A stretch of 64,000 nt of DNA from positions 340,803-404,802 of the forward strand of contig DASWXP010000002.1 of NCBI GenBank assembly GCA_036405415.1. Reading direction: 5' to 3'. Positions 56,993-64,000 of this stretch are shown here, piece after piece. How positions within the stretch are numbered: position 1 is the first letter of the stretch; each line of letters starts with the position of its first letter. A program made the position numbers and the translations under genes. Origin of the DNA: Minisyncoccota bacterium. Lineage in GTDB: Bacteria; Patescibacteriota; Minisyncoccia; Phycocordibacterales; Phycocordibacteraceae. Under the pieces are notes generated by a model. The model did not search any database. It was given only the letters and a program-made list of their open reading frames with translations, and was not told the origin of the DNA.

Positions 56993-57382
56993 TTACCAGA
57001 TCTCAAAGAGGTTCTCGCCACCTACGCGCACCTTGCGCGCCTCAGCGTCCGTAAGGACGCCCTTCGGGGTCGAGATGAGGCGTGCACCGATGCCGTTCTT
57101 CACGCTGTGCGCCTCGGCTGCAGGGACGTAGAGACGACGGCCCGGCTTCGAGATACGCTTTACGCCCTTGATCTTGTGGCGGCCGCGCTCGTCGTACGCG
57201 AGGGTAACCTCGAACGAGTACGGGCTCTTTCCCTTCTCAACGTCTGCGACGTAGCCGAGAGCCTTAAGCTTGTGCGCGATCTCCTCGACGTGCTTTGAGA
57301 ACGGAACCGTGACCGTCGGCTTGTTAATAGCGCCGGCGTTCTTGAGACGGATGATGAAATCTCCTACGCGATCAGTAACCAT
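56993..57382 (-). CDS. rpsH: 30S ribosomal protein S8
   Basis: Start ATG 57382 (MVTDRVGDFIIRLKNA...ENLFEIW). Confidence 0.85.
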   Translation of the reverse strand: MVTDRVGDFIIRLKNAGAINKPTVTVPFSKHVEEIAHKLKALGYVADVEKGKSPYSFEVTLAYDERGRHKIKGVKRISKPGRRLYVPAAEAHSVKNGIGARLISTPKGVLTDAEARKVRVGGENLFEIW

Positions 57383-57392
57383 ATACGAAAAT

Positions 57393-57662
57393 CTACCAGG
57401 AAGCCTTCTTAACGCCCGGGATCTTGCCCTCGCGCGCGAGCTCGCGGAACGCGATGCGGGAGAGGCCAAAATCGCGCATGAATCCGCGCTGGCGGCCGGT
57501 GATGGCGCAGCGGTTCTTGATGCGGACCGGGCTTGAATTCTTCGGAAGCTTCTGGAGGCCCTCATAATCGCCAGCAGCCTTAAGCTCAGCACGCTTGGCA
57601 GCGTACTTGGCCGCAAGCTTAATGCGGCGCTCGTTCTTTGCGATTGATGAGGTCTTGGCCAT
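57393..57662 (-). CDS. rpsN: 30S ribosomal protein S14 (long, non-zinc type)
   Basis: 89 aa ending ...[18 protein letters not shown]. Confidence 0.85.
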   Translation of the reverse strand: MAKTSSIAKNERRIKLAAKYAAKRAELKAAGDYEGLQKLPKNSSPVRIKNRCAITGRQRGFMRDFGLSRIAFRELAREGKIPGVKKASW

Positions 57663-57733
57663 AAGAAAAATAAGCTCCGGGGAGCCGTGGAAGTAATCTA
57701 TCAGTCAGGAAGTAGGCTGTCAAATCAATGAAG

Positions 57734-57790
57734 GCTCCTTTCTTAGGAGCTGAGATACAACTCGGGGGCCCGCAACCAAATGCGGGCCCC
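57734..57790. terminator. two hairpins (gctcct-ttctt-aggagc and ggggcccgca-accaaa-tgcgggcccc) between the inserted ORF and rpsN
   Basis: A perfect 10-bp GC stem at 57765-57790 and a 6-bp stem at 57734-57750, 3-prime of ORF 57801..58130 on the minus strand. Confidence 0.45.
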
Positions 57791-57800
57791 AGGGCAGTAT

Positions 57801-58130
57801 CTATTTCCAGCTGACGAGCATTCTAAGGCGTCGCGGGTTCTCGATCGGCACGTCCGGTTGTACGAAATACACCGTTAAATCGCCCAGTATCTCCGCTATG
57901 GCCCGTTGAGCCATTCTGTCCTCTGCTAGGAACGGAGTAACGATTTCTACCTTAAAAGCACGGCTTCCAGCAGCCTCCATGAGGATCGGCTGCCAATACA
58001 TTTCGCACTCGTAGTAAATGCGCTTGTAGAGCCGACTCATCTTGAGGGAACGCTCGACTGCCCTCCTCTTGTGTCCAGCTTTCTGTACTTGGCGACCGTG
58101 GGCGCCGAGAGGTAATCTTAGATCTCGCAT
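57801..58130 (-). CDS. hypothetical protein inserted between rplE and rpsN (lower-GC island)
   Basis: Start at ATG 58130, preceded by a perfect AGGAGG Shine-Dalgarno sequence; 109 aa with a basic N-terminus and an acidic C-terminus. The TTG at 58199 used by the ORF track overlaps the upstream terminator stem. Local GC is about 52%. Confidence 0.45.
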   Translation of the reverse strand: MRDLRLPLGAHGRQVQKAGHKRRAVERSLKMSRLYKRIYYECEMYWQPILMEAAGSRAFKVEIVTPFLAEDRMAQRAIAEILGDLTVYFVQPDVPIENPRRLRMLVSWK

Positions 58131-58197
58131 CGGCACCTCCTTCTGAGAATCCAGATTGGGTATACCACTGACACATCTAAGTGTCGATATTAAATGC

Positions 58198-58222
58198 AAA
58201 AGACCCGCATCGCGGGTCTTTT
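58198..58222 (-). terminator. intrinsic terminator aaaagacccgc-atc-gcgggtctttt after rplE
   Basis: Perfect 11-bp stem directly 3-prime of the rplE stop (58239), inside the ribosomal-protein operon. Confidence 0.65.
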
Positions 58223-58238
58223 GCTTAGAACGTAAATA

Positions 58239-58772
58239 CTAGTCCTTCTTGAACGGAATGCCGAGGTGGCGGAAGAACGCATCTGCCTCCTCCTTGGTCT
58301 TCGCGGTGGTCACGAGGGTGATCGCAAGGCCGAATACGTCCTTGAGGTCCTCGTCTGCGGTCTCAGGAAAGATCGTGTGATCCTTGATTCCGATAGTGAG
58401 GTTGCCCATCTCATCGATCGCGGTCGCGTTAAGGCCGCGGAAGTCGCGGGTACGCGGAAGCGTGATGTGGATGAGCTTGTCGAGGAACTCGCGCATGCGC
58501 TCTCCGCGAAGCGTCACCTGGTAGCCGATTATCTCGCCCTGGCGCATCTTGAACTGCGCGATGGACTGCTTGGACGCGCGAGGCGCTGCCTTCTGGCCCG
58601 TGATGCGGGCGAGGCGGTCCTCAACGAGCGCCTTCTTGGTCTTGTCTGCCTTACCGACGCCGGAAGATACGACGATCTTAAGGAGACGCGGGGACGCGTT
58701 CACGTTGGTGTAGCCGAACTGCTCCTTGAGAGTGTCGAATGCACCGGCGAGCTTTTCTTTGGTCATCATCAT
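58239..58772 (-). CDS. rplE: 50S ribosomal protein L5
   Basis: 177 aa with conserved L5 blocks (NVMQVPRLEKIVVNMGVG-like: SPRLLKIVVSSGVG). Confidence 0.85.
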   Translation of the reverse strand: MMMTKEKLAGAFDTLKEQFGYTNVNASPRLLKIVVSSGVGKADKTKKALVEDRLARITGQKAAPRASKQSIAQFKMRQGEIIGYQVTLRGERMREFLDKLIHITLPRTRDFRGLNATAIDEMGNLTIGIKDHTIFPETADEDLKDVFGLAITLVTTAKTKEEADAFFRHLGIPFKKD

Positions 58773-58783
58773 ACTGAGTATCG

Positions 58784-59125
58784 TTAGCCGAGCTTGGTGC
58801 CGCTCTTAACGGTGACACGAACCTTCTTGCCGTCTACGGTCTCGCGCTTTACGCGGGTTCCCTTCTTCTCCTTGGGATCCTGGAGCATGACGTTTGAGAT
58901 GGAGATAGCGCGTGGCTTCTCGACGATGCGGCCGGTCTGGCCAGCGCGTCCGCGGTTGTGGCGCTTTACGAGCGCGACACCCTCAACCACTACCTTCGCG
59001 TCCTCGCGAAGCACCATCTCGACCTTGCCGGTCTTGCCCTTATCCTTTCCAGAAATAACGACAACGGTGTCGCCCTTCTTGATCTTGAACTTTGCGGTCT
59101 GGAGACCCTTAGATGCCTTGGACAT
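58784..59125 (-). CDS. rplX: 50S ribosomal protein L24
   Basis: KOW motif KIKKGDTVVVISGKDKGKTGKV. Confidence 0.85.
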   Translation of the reverse strand: MSKASKGLQTAKFKIKKGDTVVVISGKDKGKTGKVEMVLREDAKVVVEGVALVKRHNRGRAGQTGRIVEKPRAISISNVMLQDPKEKKGTRVKRETVDGKKVRVTVKSGTKLG

Positions 59126-59136
59126 AATCGTATGCG

Positions 59137-59514
59137 TTAGACGACCTCAGGGGCGATGCTTGCAATGTTCTGCCAGCCGCGATCAACGAGATCGCGCGGC
59201 ACCGGACCGAAGACACGGTTCCCCTTCGGACCCATCTCCTTACCCTGCTTCTCGATGAGGACAACGGCGTTGTCATCGAAGCGGACGTAAATGCCTGATG
59301 CGCGGCGGAACGCCTTCTTCTGGCGGACGACGACGGCCTTGTAGATGTCCTTCTTCTTTACGGGCTTCCTCGGCTCTGCGGTCTGGATCGATACGACCAC
59401 GACGTCGCCGATCTCCGCGTAGCGGCGCTTTGAACCGCCGAGCACCTTGAAGACGCGGGCTACCTTGCCTCCTGAGTTATCTGCGACGGTGACGATTGTC
59501 TGTGGCTGTACCAT
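59137..59514 (-). CDS. rplN: 50S ribosomal protein L14
   Basis: MVQPQTIVTVADNSGGK...LAPEVV-type C-terminus; 125 aa. Confidence 0.9.
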   Translation of the reverse strand: MVQPQTIVTVADNSGGKVARVFKVLGGSKRRYAEIGDVVVVSIQTAEPRKPVKKKDIYKAVVVRQKKAFRRASGIYVRFDDNAVVLIEKQGKEMGPKGNRVFGPVPRDLVDRGWQNIASIAPEVV

Positions 59515-59525
59515 AACTAAAAGTA

Positions 59526-59765
59526 TTACTTAGCGATCTTGAAGGTCTTCAGCTTCGAGACCGGCGCGCAGGCGACGATGGTTACCTGATCCCCCACCTT
59601 TACGGTGTTGCCCTCGTCATGCACGAGGAACTTCTTGGTGCGGGTCTGGTACTTCTTGTACTTTGCGTGCTTCACGTAGCGGGAGACCGCGACGGTAGCC
59701 GTGTCCTTCATCGCCGTCTTTACGACGGTTCCCTGGAACGACTGAGGCTTGGTGGTGTTTTCCAT
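59526..59765 (-). CDS. rpsQ: 30S ribosomal protein S17
   Basis: 79 aa (GTVVKTAMKDTATVAV...KTFKI). Confidence 0.85.
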   Translation of the reverse strand: MENTTKPQSFQGTVVKTAMKDTATVAVSRYVKHAKYKKYQTRTKKFLVHDEGNTVKVGDQVTIVACAPVSKLKTFKIAK

Positions 59766-59773
59766 AGTAAATG

Positions 59774-59971
59774 TTATGCAGCCTTCTCTTTCGCGGTCTT
59801 CTCAGTAAGGAGGCGTGCGATATCCTTACGAACCTTCTTGCGTGCGGACGGATCCTTCGCGCGACCACCGGTCGCCTCGAAGCGGAGCGTGCGGAGCTCC
59901 TCGCGCTTCTCGACGAGAAGCTTTGCGATGTCCTCAGCACTCGTATCCTTGAATGAAGTCTTCTTTGCCAT
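59774..59971 (-). CDS. rpmC: 50S ribosomal protein L29
   Basis: 65 aa helical protein (ELRTLRFEATGG). Confidence 0.8.
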   Translation of the reverse strand: MAKKTSFKDTSAEDIAKLLVEKREELRTLRFEATGGRAKDPSARKKVRKDIARLLTEKTAKEKAA

Positions 59972-59977
59972 ACCAGG

Positions 59978-60397
59978 TTATCGGGTGATCACGGTCGTCT
60001 TAAGCGGAAGCTTCGCGCCAGCACGGCGAAGTGCATCGCGTGCCTTAGCATCCTCAACACCGTCGAGCTCGAAGAGGATACGCCCTGGACGTACCTCGAA
60101 CACGAAGTGCTTCGGATCTCCCTTACCCTTACCCATACCCACCTCAGCCGGCTTGTTCGTGATCGGACGGTCCGGGAAGATGCGGATCCAGAGCTTGCCG
60201 CCCTTACCGGTTACGCGGGTAAGCACCTTACGAGCTGCCTCGATCTGATTCGAAGTGATGCGGGACGGGGTGGTCGCGCGAAGGCCGTAGGAGCCAAAGG
60301 ACACGGTGATGCCGCGGGTATCGGGACGCGCGAGCTTCTCCGGGGACTTGCGTCCGGTCTGCCACTTGCGGTGCTTTACTTTCTTAGGAAAAAGCAT
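59978..60397 (-). CDS. rplP: 50S ribosomal protein L16
   Basis: MLFPKKVKHRKWQTGR...; 139 aa. Confidence 0.9.
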   Translation of the reverse strand: MLFPKKVKHRKWQTGRKSPEKLARPDTRGITVSFGSYGLRATTPSRITSNQIEAARKVLTRVTGKGGKLWIRIFPDRPITNKPAEVGMGKGKGDPKHFVFEVRPGRILFELDGVEDAKARDALRRAGAKLPLKTTVITR

Positions 60398-60408
60398 AGG
60401 TCGAAGTA

Positions 60409-61119
60409 TTAGCGGCGCGGGCCGTTAGTGCGCTCCTGTGCCGGGCGTGCGCTCTGCTCCTGAGTAAAGGTCTCACCGAGGTATACCCATACCTTGATGC
60501 CGATGACGCCGTACGGAAGGAGTGCCTCCGTGTGTGCGTAATCGATGTTCGCGCGGAAGGTCTGAAGCGGGATACGACCACGCTTGATCTGCTCGGTGCG
60601 GCTCATGTCTGCGCCACCAAGGCGACCGGACACCACGATACGGACACCCACAACCTCGCGGACTGCCATGACCTTCTCAACCGTCTGCTTGAGGACGCGG
60701 CGGAACGGCATGCGCTTCTCAAGGCCCTCAGCCACCATGTAGCCGATAACCTGAGCGCTGGTCTCCGGCTGGCGGATCTCCATGATGTCGAGCTTCACCT
60801 GAGGCTTCGCTGCACCCGTGGTCTTTGCATGCACGAGCTTGGTTACCTCGGCGCGGAGCTTGGTTGCGTTCTCGCCAGAGCGGCCGATAACCATACCTGG
60901 GCGTGCGGTGTGGAGGATGACGCGAACCTCGTTTGCGCCGCGCTCGATCTCGATGTCAGAGATGTGCATCTGCTTGCCGCGCTTCTTGAAGAAGGCACGG
61001 ACAGCCGCATCCGCCGCAATGTTCTCGCGGTAGGACTTCTTATCACCAGCGAACCAGCGGCTCTTCCAGTCACGGATGATGCCGAGGCGGTGTGCGTACG
61101 GATGGACAGTGTGAGTCAT
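60409..61119 (-). CDS. rpsC: 30S ribosomal protein S3
   Basis: KH domain and the C-terminal S3 domain; MTHTVHPYAHRLGIIRDWKSRWFA. Confidence 0.9.
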   Translation of the reverse strand: MTHTVHPYAHRLGIIRDWKSRWFAGDKKSYRENIAADAAVRAFFKKRGKQMHISDIEIERGANEVRVILHTARPGMVIGRSGENATKLRAEVTKLVHAKTTGAAKPQVKLDIMEIRQPETSAQVIGYMVAEGLEKRMPFRRVLKQTVEKVMAVREVVGVRIVVSGRLGGADMSRTEQIKRGRIPLQTFRANIDYAHTEALLPYGVIGIKVWVYLGETFTQEQSARPAQERTNGPRR

Positions 61120-61124
61120 GGTAA

Positions 61125-61517
61125 TTACTTGGAATCAGCGGAAAGGCGCACGACGATGCGGCTGCGGCGCTTGCGGATAGGCGCTGCACGGCCCATAGCG
61201 CGCGGCATGAAGCGCACGAGCATGCCCGCAGAGTCAACGCGGATATCCTCGACACGGAGGCTCTCTACGTTCTCGCCGCGAGCCTTCGCGTTAGCAACGG
61301 CAGACTGGATGAGCTTCTTAACCGGCTCAGCAGCGCGCTTTGAGAGGAAGGAGAGCTCGGCGATAGCCTCCTCTGCCTTCTTGCCCTTAACGAGGTCAGT
61401 AACGAGGCGCACCTTGCGAGGCGACTGGTTGTAGGTATCGATAGACGCACGGATGGCCTTCTTTGCCTCCTCCTTACGTGCCTTTGCTGGCTGCTTGTGG
61501 GTGCCGACGGATGCCAT
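61125..61517 (-). CDS. rplV: 50S ribosomal protein L22
   Basis: 130 aa with the conserved L22 hairpin region (FMPRAMGRAAPIRKRRSRI). Confidence 0.85.
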   Translation of the reverse strand: MASVGTHKQPAKARKEEAKKAIRASIDTYNQSPRKVRLVTDLVKGKKAEEAIAELSFLSKRAAEPVKKLIQSAVANAKARGENVESLRVEDIRVDSAGMLVRFMPRAMGRAAPIRKRRSRIVVRLSADSK

Positions 61518-61520
61518 ACG

Positions 61521-61868
61521 CTACTTCTTCTTAGCTGGAGCAGGCGCTGCCTTAGCGGCCTTTGCGGCTGCGATCTCGGCCTGCTTCTTCTTCTCCTCGA
61601 GCTGCTTCTGCATCTTACCGCCGTGACGTACGAACTTCTTGGTCGGCGAGAACTCGCCGAGGCGGTGGCCTACCATCTCCTCTGCTACGAGGACGTCTAC
61701 GTGCTGCTTGCCGTTATGTACGCCGAAAGTGAATCCGACGAACTCAGGCGGGATCTGGCTTGCGCGAGCCCACGTCTTAATCACGCCGGTCTCCGACGGC
61801 TTCTTGCCCTGAACCTTTTTCATAAGCTTCAGGTCAACGTATGGGCCTTTCTTGAGTGAGCGTGACAT
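61521..61868 (-). CDS. rpsS: 30S ribosomal protein S19 with Lys/Ala-rich C-terminal tail
   Basis: S19 core [19 protein letters not shown]...[18 protein letters not shown], followed by [25 protein letters not shown]. Confidence 0.85.
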   Translation of the reverse strand: MSRSLKKGPYVDLKLMKKVQGKKPSETGVIKTWARASQIPPEFVGFTFGVHNGKQHVDVLVAEEMVGHRLGEFSPTKKFVRHGGKMQKQLEEKKKQAEIAAAKAAKAAPAPAKKK

Positions 61869-61996
61869 GGGATAGACAATGGAAAGCCCGCCAAGCGGGA
61901 TAGATAGAATCTATAGGAAACGTGAATCTATGTCAAATTTAGGGCCTCCGTGCTAGGGTTCTGGCAGGTGTTCAATTCCTCGATGGGGCAGATTCG

Positions 61997-62452
61997 ATGC
62001 GCATATCACCGGTTATTGGAATCCAATTCTGGAATTCCTACCCAGGACGGGCTTCTTGGCAGCCTGGAGACCTAGATACGACCCGCCTTCGGTGCGGAGA
62101 CCCGTGCAAGGTGCTTATGCCGCTTTTAGAGCGGCTCGACAAGCTTGATAGGAGCGAGCAAATCGCTGAACGAAGGCTTTGGGGAGCCACCAACCGCCCT
62201 ATCCAGCTCTTCTGGAGTTGGCGCATGAGTCATCTCAGACGGTCAGGCGTAAAGACCCTAGCCAAGGCCAAAGCGCACATTCAGAAGCTTCTGGAAGGGA
62301 GACTGCCGGAAAGAAAAGGACGTGAAGTCTTCTTGATAGAGCGTGGCGAGGATGGATTTCTTCCTATGCACGAAAATGAGCGCAGGCACATCTCGCGCAA
62401 ACTCGCAGATTCAGTCCGGACTGTGCTATTCCTGGCGAGCCCTTCCACCTGA
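61997..62452 (+). CDS. hypothetical protein (possibly shorter, starting at ATG 62117)
   Basis: Plus-strand ORF in the insertion between rpsS and rplB, followed by its own terminator. Trp/Arg-rich N-terminus, so the coding assignment is tentative. Confidence 0.3.
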   Translation: MRISPVIGIQFWNSYPGRASWQPGDLDTTRLRCGDPCKVLMPLLERLDKLDRSEQIAERRLWGATNRPIQLFWSWRMSHLRRSGVKTLAKAKAHIQKLLEGRLPERKGREVFLIERGEDGFLPMHENERRHISRKLADSVRTVLFLASPST

Positions 62453-62466
62453 TACGCTTTCCGACC

Positions 62467-62490
62467 GGGTCCTTGCTTCAGCAAGGACCC
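62467..62490 (+). terminator. intrinsic terminator gggtccttgc-ttca-gcaaggaccc followed by GTTTCTTT
   Basis: Perfect 10-bp stem plus a T-tract after ORF 61997..62452. Confidence 0.6.
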
Positions 62491-62516
62491 GTTTCTTTAG
62501 GCTATACTTTCCACAT

Positions 62517-63332
62517 ATGATCGACCTCACTTCCCCGTCTGCTAGGCGTGCAGAACTCCTCGGTGCCGCAGCCCTCATAGCCCTCGTTCTCGGCTTCACG
62601 CTCTGGTATATGGCCACGCACCAGGCTCCAGAGCCGTATTCCCCGACTCCTGAGACCGAAGAGGTGGCTGAGTCGCTTCCGCCAGAGACCTACGAAGAGC
62701 ACGGCCAGTACTTCGATATAGAGGCCACCTACCCTGCCGAGACCCCGCTCAAGGCAACCGCAGGCGAAGACGCAGACGCCGCGGCCGTAGCGCTCATGGA
62801 GGATTTCGTAGATGAGACTATCGCGGACTTCAAGCGCCAGGGCAATTTCGACAACCTCACCCCTGAGGACGTGCAGATCATGGGTCTCTCAGACACCCGC
62901 AAAGAGTCCCTTACCCTTCTTTACGAGGAGCGCATGGGAGACGACACTATTACCTACGTATTCACGCTCCACGTTGATACCCTCGGCGCGCACCCGAACA
63001 CCTTCTACCGCTCCTTCACCTTCGATCGGATCTCAGGCAAGGAAATTGCTATACAGAACCTATTCGTATCAGGTTCCGGATACCTTACCCGACTTTCCGC
63101 AATTGCTGAGTTTGAGCTTTCGAAGCTCCTCGGCGAGTTCGCAGATCTCGACTACATCCGCCAGGGCGTGGCCGCAGAGGCAATAAACTTCCAGAGCTAC
63201 GCTATAGAAGGCCAGGATCTCATCCTCATCTTCCCGCCGTATCAGGTAGCGCCCTACGCCGCAGGCACGCAGACCGTCGCGATCCCGCTTGCGCAGCTCG
63301 CAGAGATTCTGAAGCCTGAGTATCGTCCCTAG
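62517..63332 (+). CDS. DUF3298/DUF4163-type (RsiV/PdaC-like) membrane-anchored protein
   Basis: Start ATG 62517 (MIDLTSPSARRAELLGAAALIALVLGFTLWY, a TM anchor). The C-terminal block IFPPYQVAPYAAGTQTVAIP is the hallmark of DUF3298 domains. Confidence 0.65.
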   Translation: MIDLTSPSARRAELLGAAALIALVLGFTLWYMATHQAPEPYSPTPETEEVAESLPPETYEEHGQYFDIEATYPAETPLKATAGEDADAAAVALMEDFVDETIADFKRQGNFDNLTPEDVQIMGLSDTRKESLTLLYEERMGDDTITYVFTLHVDTLGAHPNTFYRSFTFDRISGKEIAIQNLFVSGSGYLTRLSAIAEFELSKLLGEFADLDYIRQGVAAEAINFQSYAIEGQDLILIFPPYQVAPYAAGTQTVAIPLAQLAEILKPEYRP

Positions 63333-63401
63333 TGCACGCGACATAAGGGTTCGTTTCTGCTATAAACGACATCAGTCTGTACACAACAACCGGGGGCAAG
63401 T

Positions 63402-63713
63402 ATGAATCAATGCACGCCGTGCAAACGAGTCATTCAGGCGATCGCAAAATCGCTTGCGCAACTCGATGCAGCGACAGGGTCTGACCCTACGAAGGCCATA
63501 CAATATGTTCGCGTGAACTCGAAATTCGAAACTCTTCCTCGGAAGGTATTCACGAATATTTTTATCGAGCCTATACAGATCTCTGACATGGTCCGTGAAG
63601 TGATCGTCAGGATCACGAGAATGCTTGGAGACTTCATGCAGGACATCATCGTGCTTACCGTGCGTCTCGAATGGCATGACGGCCGCTGGAGGCGTATCGG
63701 TCCTTGCTATTGA
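63402..63713 (+). CDS. hypothetical protein (lower-GC)
   Basis: GGGGG Shine-Dalgarno 8 nt upstream of the ATG; 103 aa; followed by a terminator hairpin at 63732-63754. An overlapping antisense ORF 63372..63677 is considered less likely. Confidence 0.4.
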   Translation: MNQCTPCKRVIQAIAKSLAQLDAATGSDPTKAIQYVRVNSKFETLPRKVFTNIFIEPIQISDMVREVIVRITRMLGDFMQDIIVLTVRLEWHDGRWRRIGPCY

Positions 63714-63773
63714 ACTGTACGCCCGGTTCCGAGGGGTCCTAGAACGGGACCCCTTCGCTTATATAAAGAAAAA

Positions 63774-63791
63774 GCCCCGCTTCCGCGGGGC
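63774..63791 (-). terminator. intrinsic terminator gccccgc-ttcc-gcggggc with a T-run (on the minus strand) after rplB
   Basis: GC-rich 7-bp stem 7 nt after the rplB stop codon (63798-63800). A run of A on the plus strand at 63765-73 gives a U-tract on the rplB transcript. Confidence 0.6.
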
Positions 63792-63797
63792 CTTCTC

Positions 63798-64000
63798 TTA
63801 TCGCTTCTTTCCGACCTTGCGGCGGCTAACGATAAATTTGTTCGAGTACTTCTTCGGGGTACGGGTCTTCTGGCCCTTGCCGGTTGGCTTACCCCACATG
63901 CTCTTGGCACGGCGGAGACCGCGGCCCTGAACGCCCTCACCGCCTCCGTGCGGATGGTCTACCGGGTTCATGGCAGTACCGCGGACGGTTGGGCGGATGC
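63798..64000 (-). CDS. rplB: 50S ribosomal protein L2 (C-terminal end; runs off the window)
   Basis: The minus-strand translation ends ...[55 protein letters not shown], the conserved L2 C-terminus. Confidence 0.8.
   Translation of the reverse strand, partial: IRPTVRGTAMNPVDHPHGGGEGVQGRGLRRAKSMWGKPTGKGQKTRTPKKYSNKFIVSRRKVGKKR

Noticed and set aside
63372-63677. Minus-strand 101-aa ORF overlapping the plus-strand ORF 63402..63713
   Set aside because: The plus-strand frame has a G-rich Shine-Dalgarno, is co-directional with the adjacent DUF3298 gene and is followed by a terminator. The minus-strand frame is Arg/Asp/His-rich and lacks a ribosome-binding site, so it is kept only as a low-probability alternative.

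Overview
This 64-kb window is a gene-dense, ~60-65% GC bacterial chromosomal segment, almost certainly from a Patescibacteria/CPR (Parcubacteria-like) genome. Evidence for the lineage: a complete type IV pilus/competence gene set with several pseudopilins; many secreted proteins carrying C-terminal peptidoglycan-binding domains; no ribosomal protein L30 between rpsE and rplO; and small genes interleaved with tRNA genes. Content from left to right: RF2 (partial); a tRNA cluster (Thr, Thr, Asp, Met); surface and secreted proteins; a Fur-box/CDF transporter/Fur-family regulator operon; a two-component system that flanks a class I methyltransferase, a ThiF/E1-like adenylyltransferase and a LuxI/FeeM-like acyltransferase; gatCA; ligA; a 12-kb type IV pilus locus (4 pseudopilins, pilD, two tandem major pilins, pilC, pilT, a CheY-like receiver, pilB, pilMNO) divergent from comF; housekeeping genes (nfi, NUDIX, malic enzyme, a cell-wall amidase, recG, ftsH, smpB plus tmRNA, infC-rpmI-rplT, ndk, map); and a long ribosomal-protein superoperon (rplB ... 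rpsS-rplV-rpsC-rplP-rpmC-rpsQ-rplN-rplX-rplE ... rpsN-rpsH-rplF-rplR-rpsE-rplO-secY-adk-adk-map) interrupted by two lower-GC insertions. The most interesting candidates are: (1) the methyltransferase/ThiF/LuxI-like cassette embedded in an OmpR-type regulator / multi-TM histidine kinase pair, a possible small-molecule signalling system; (2) foreign gene insertions between rplB|rpsS and rplE|rpsN, each bounded by intrinsic terminators; (3) a tRNA with a UAU anticodon; (4) tandem adk paralogs; (5) a structured intergenic RNA candidate near ndk. No CRISPR array, transposase or phage integrase was recognised. All calls are made by eye from the sequence and the ORF track; no database searches were run.
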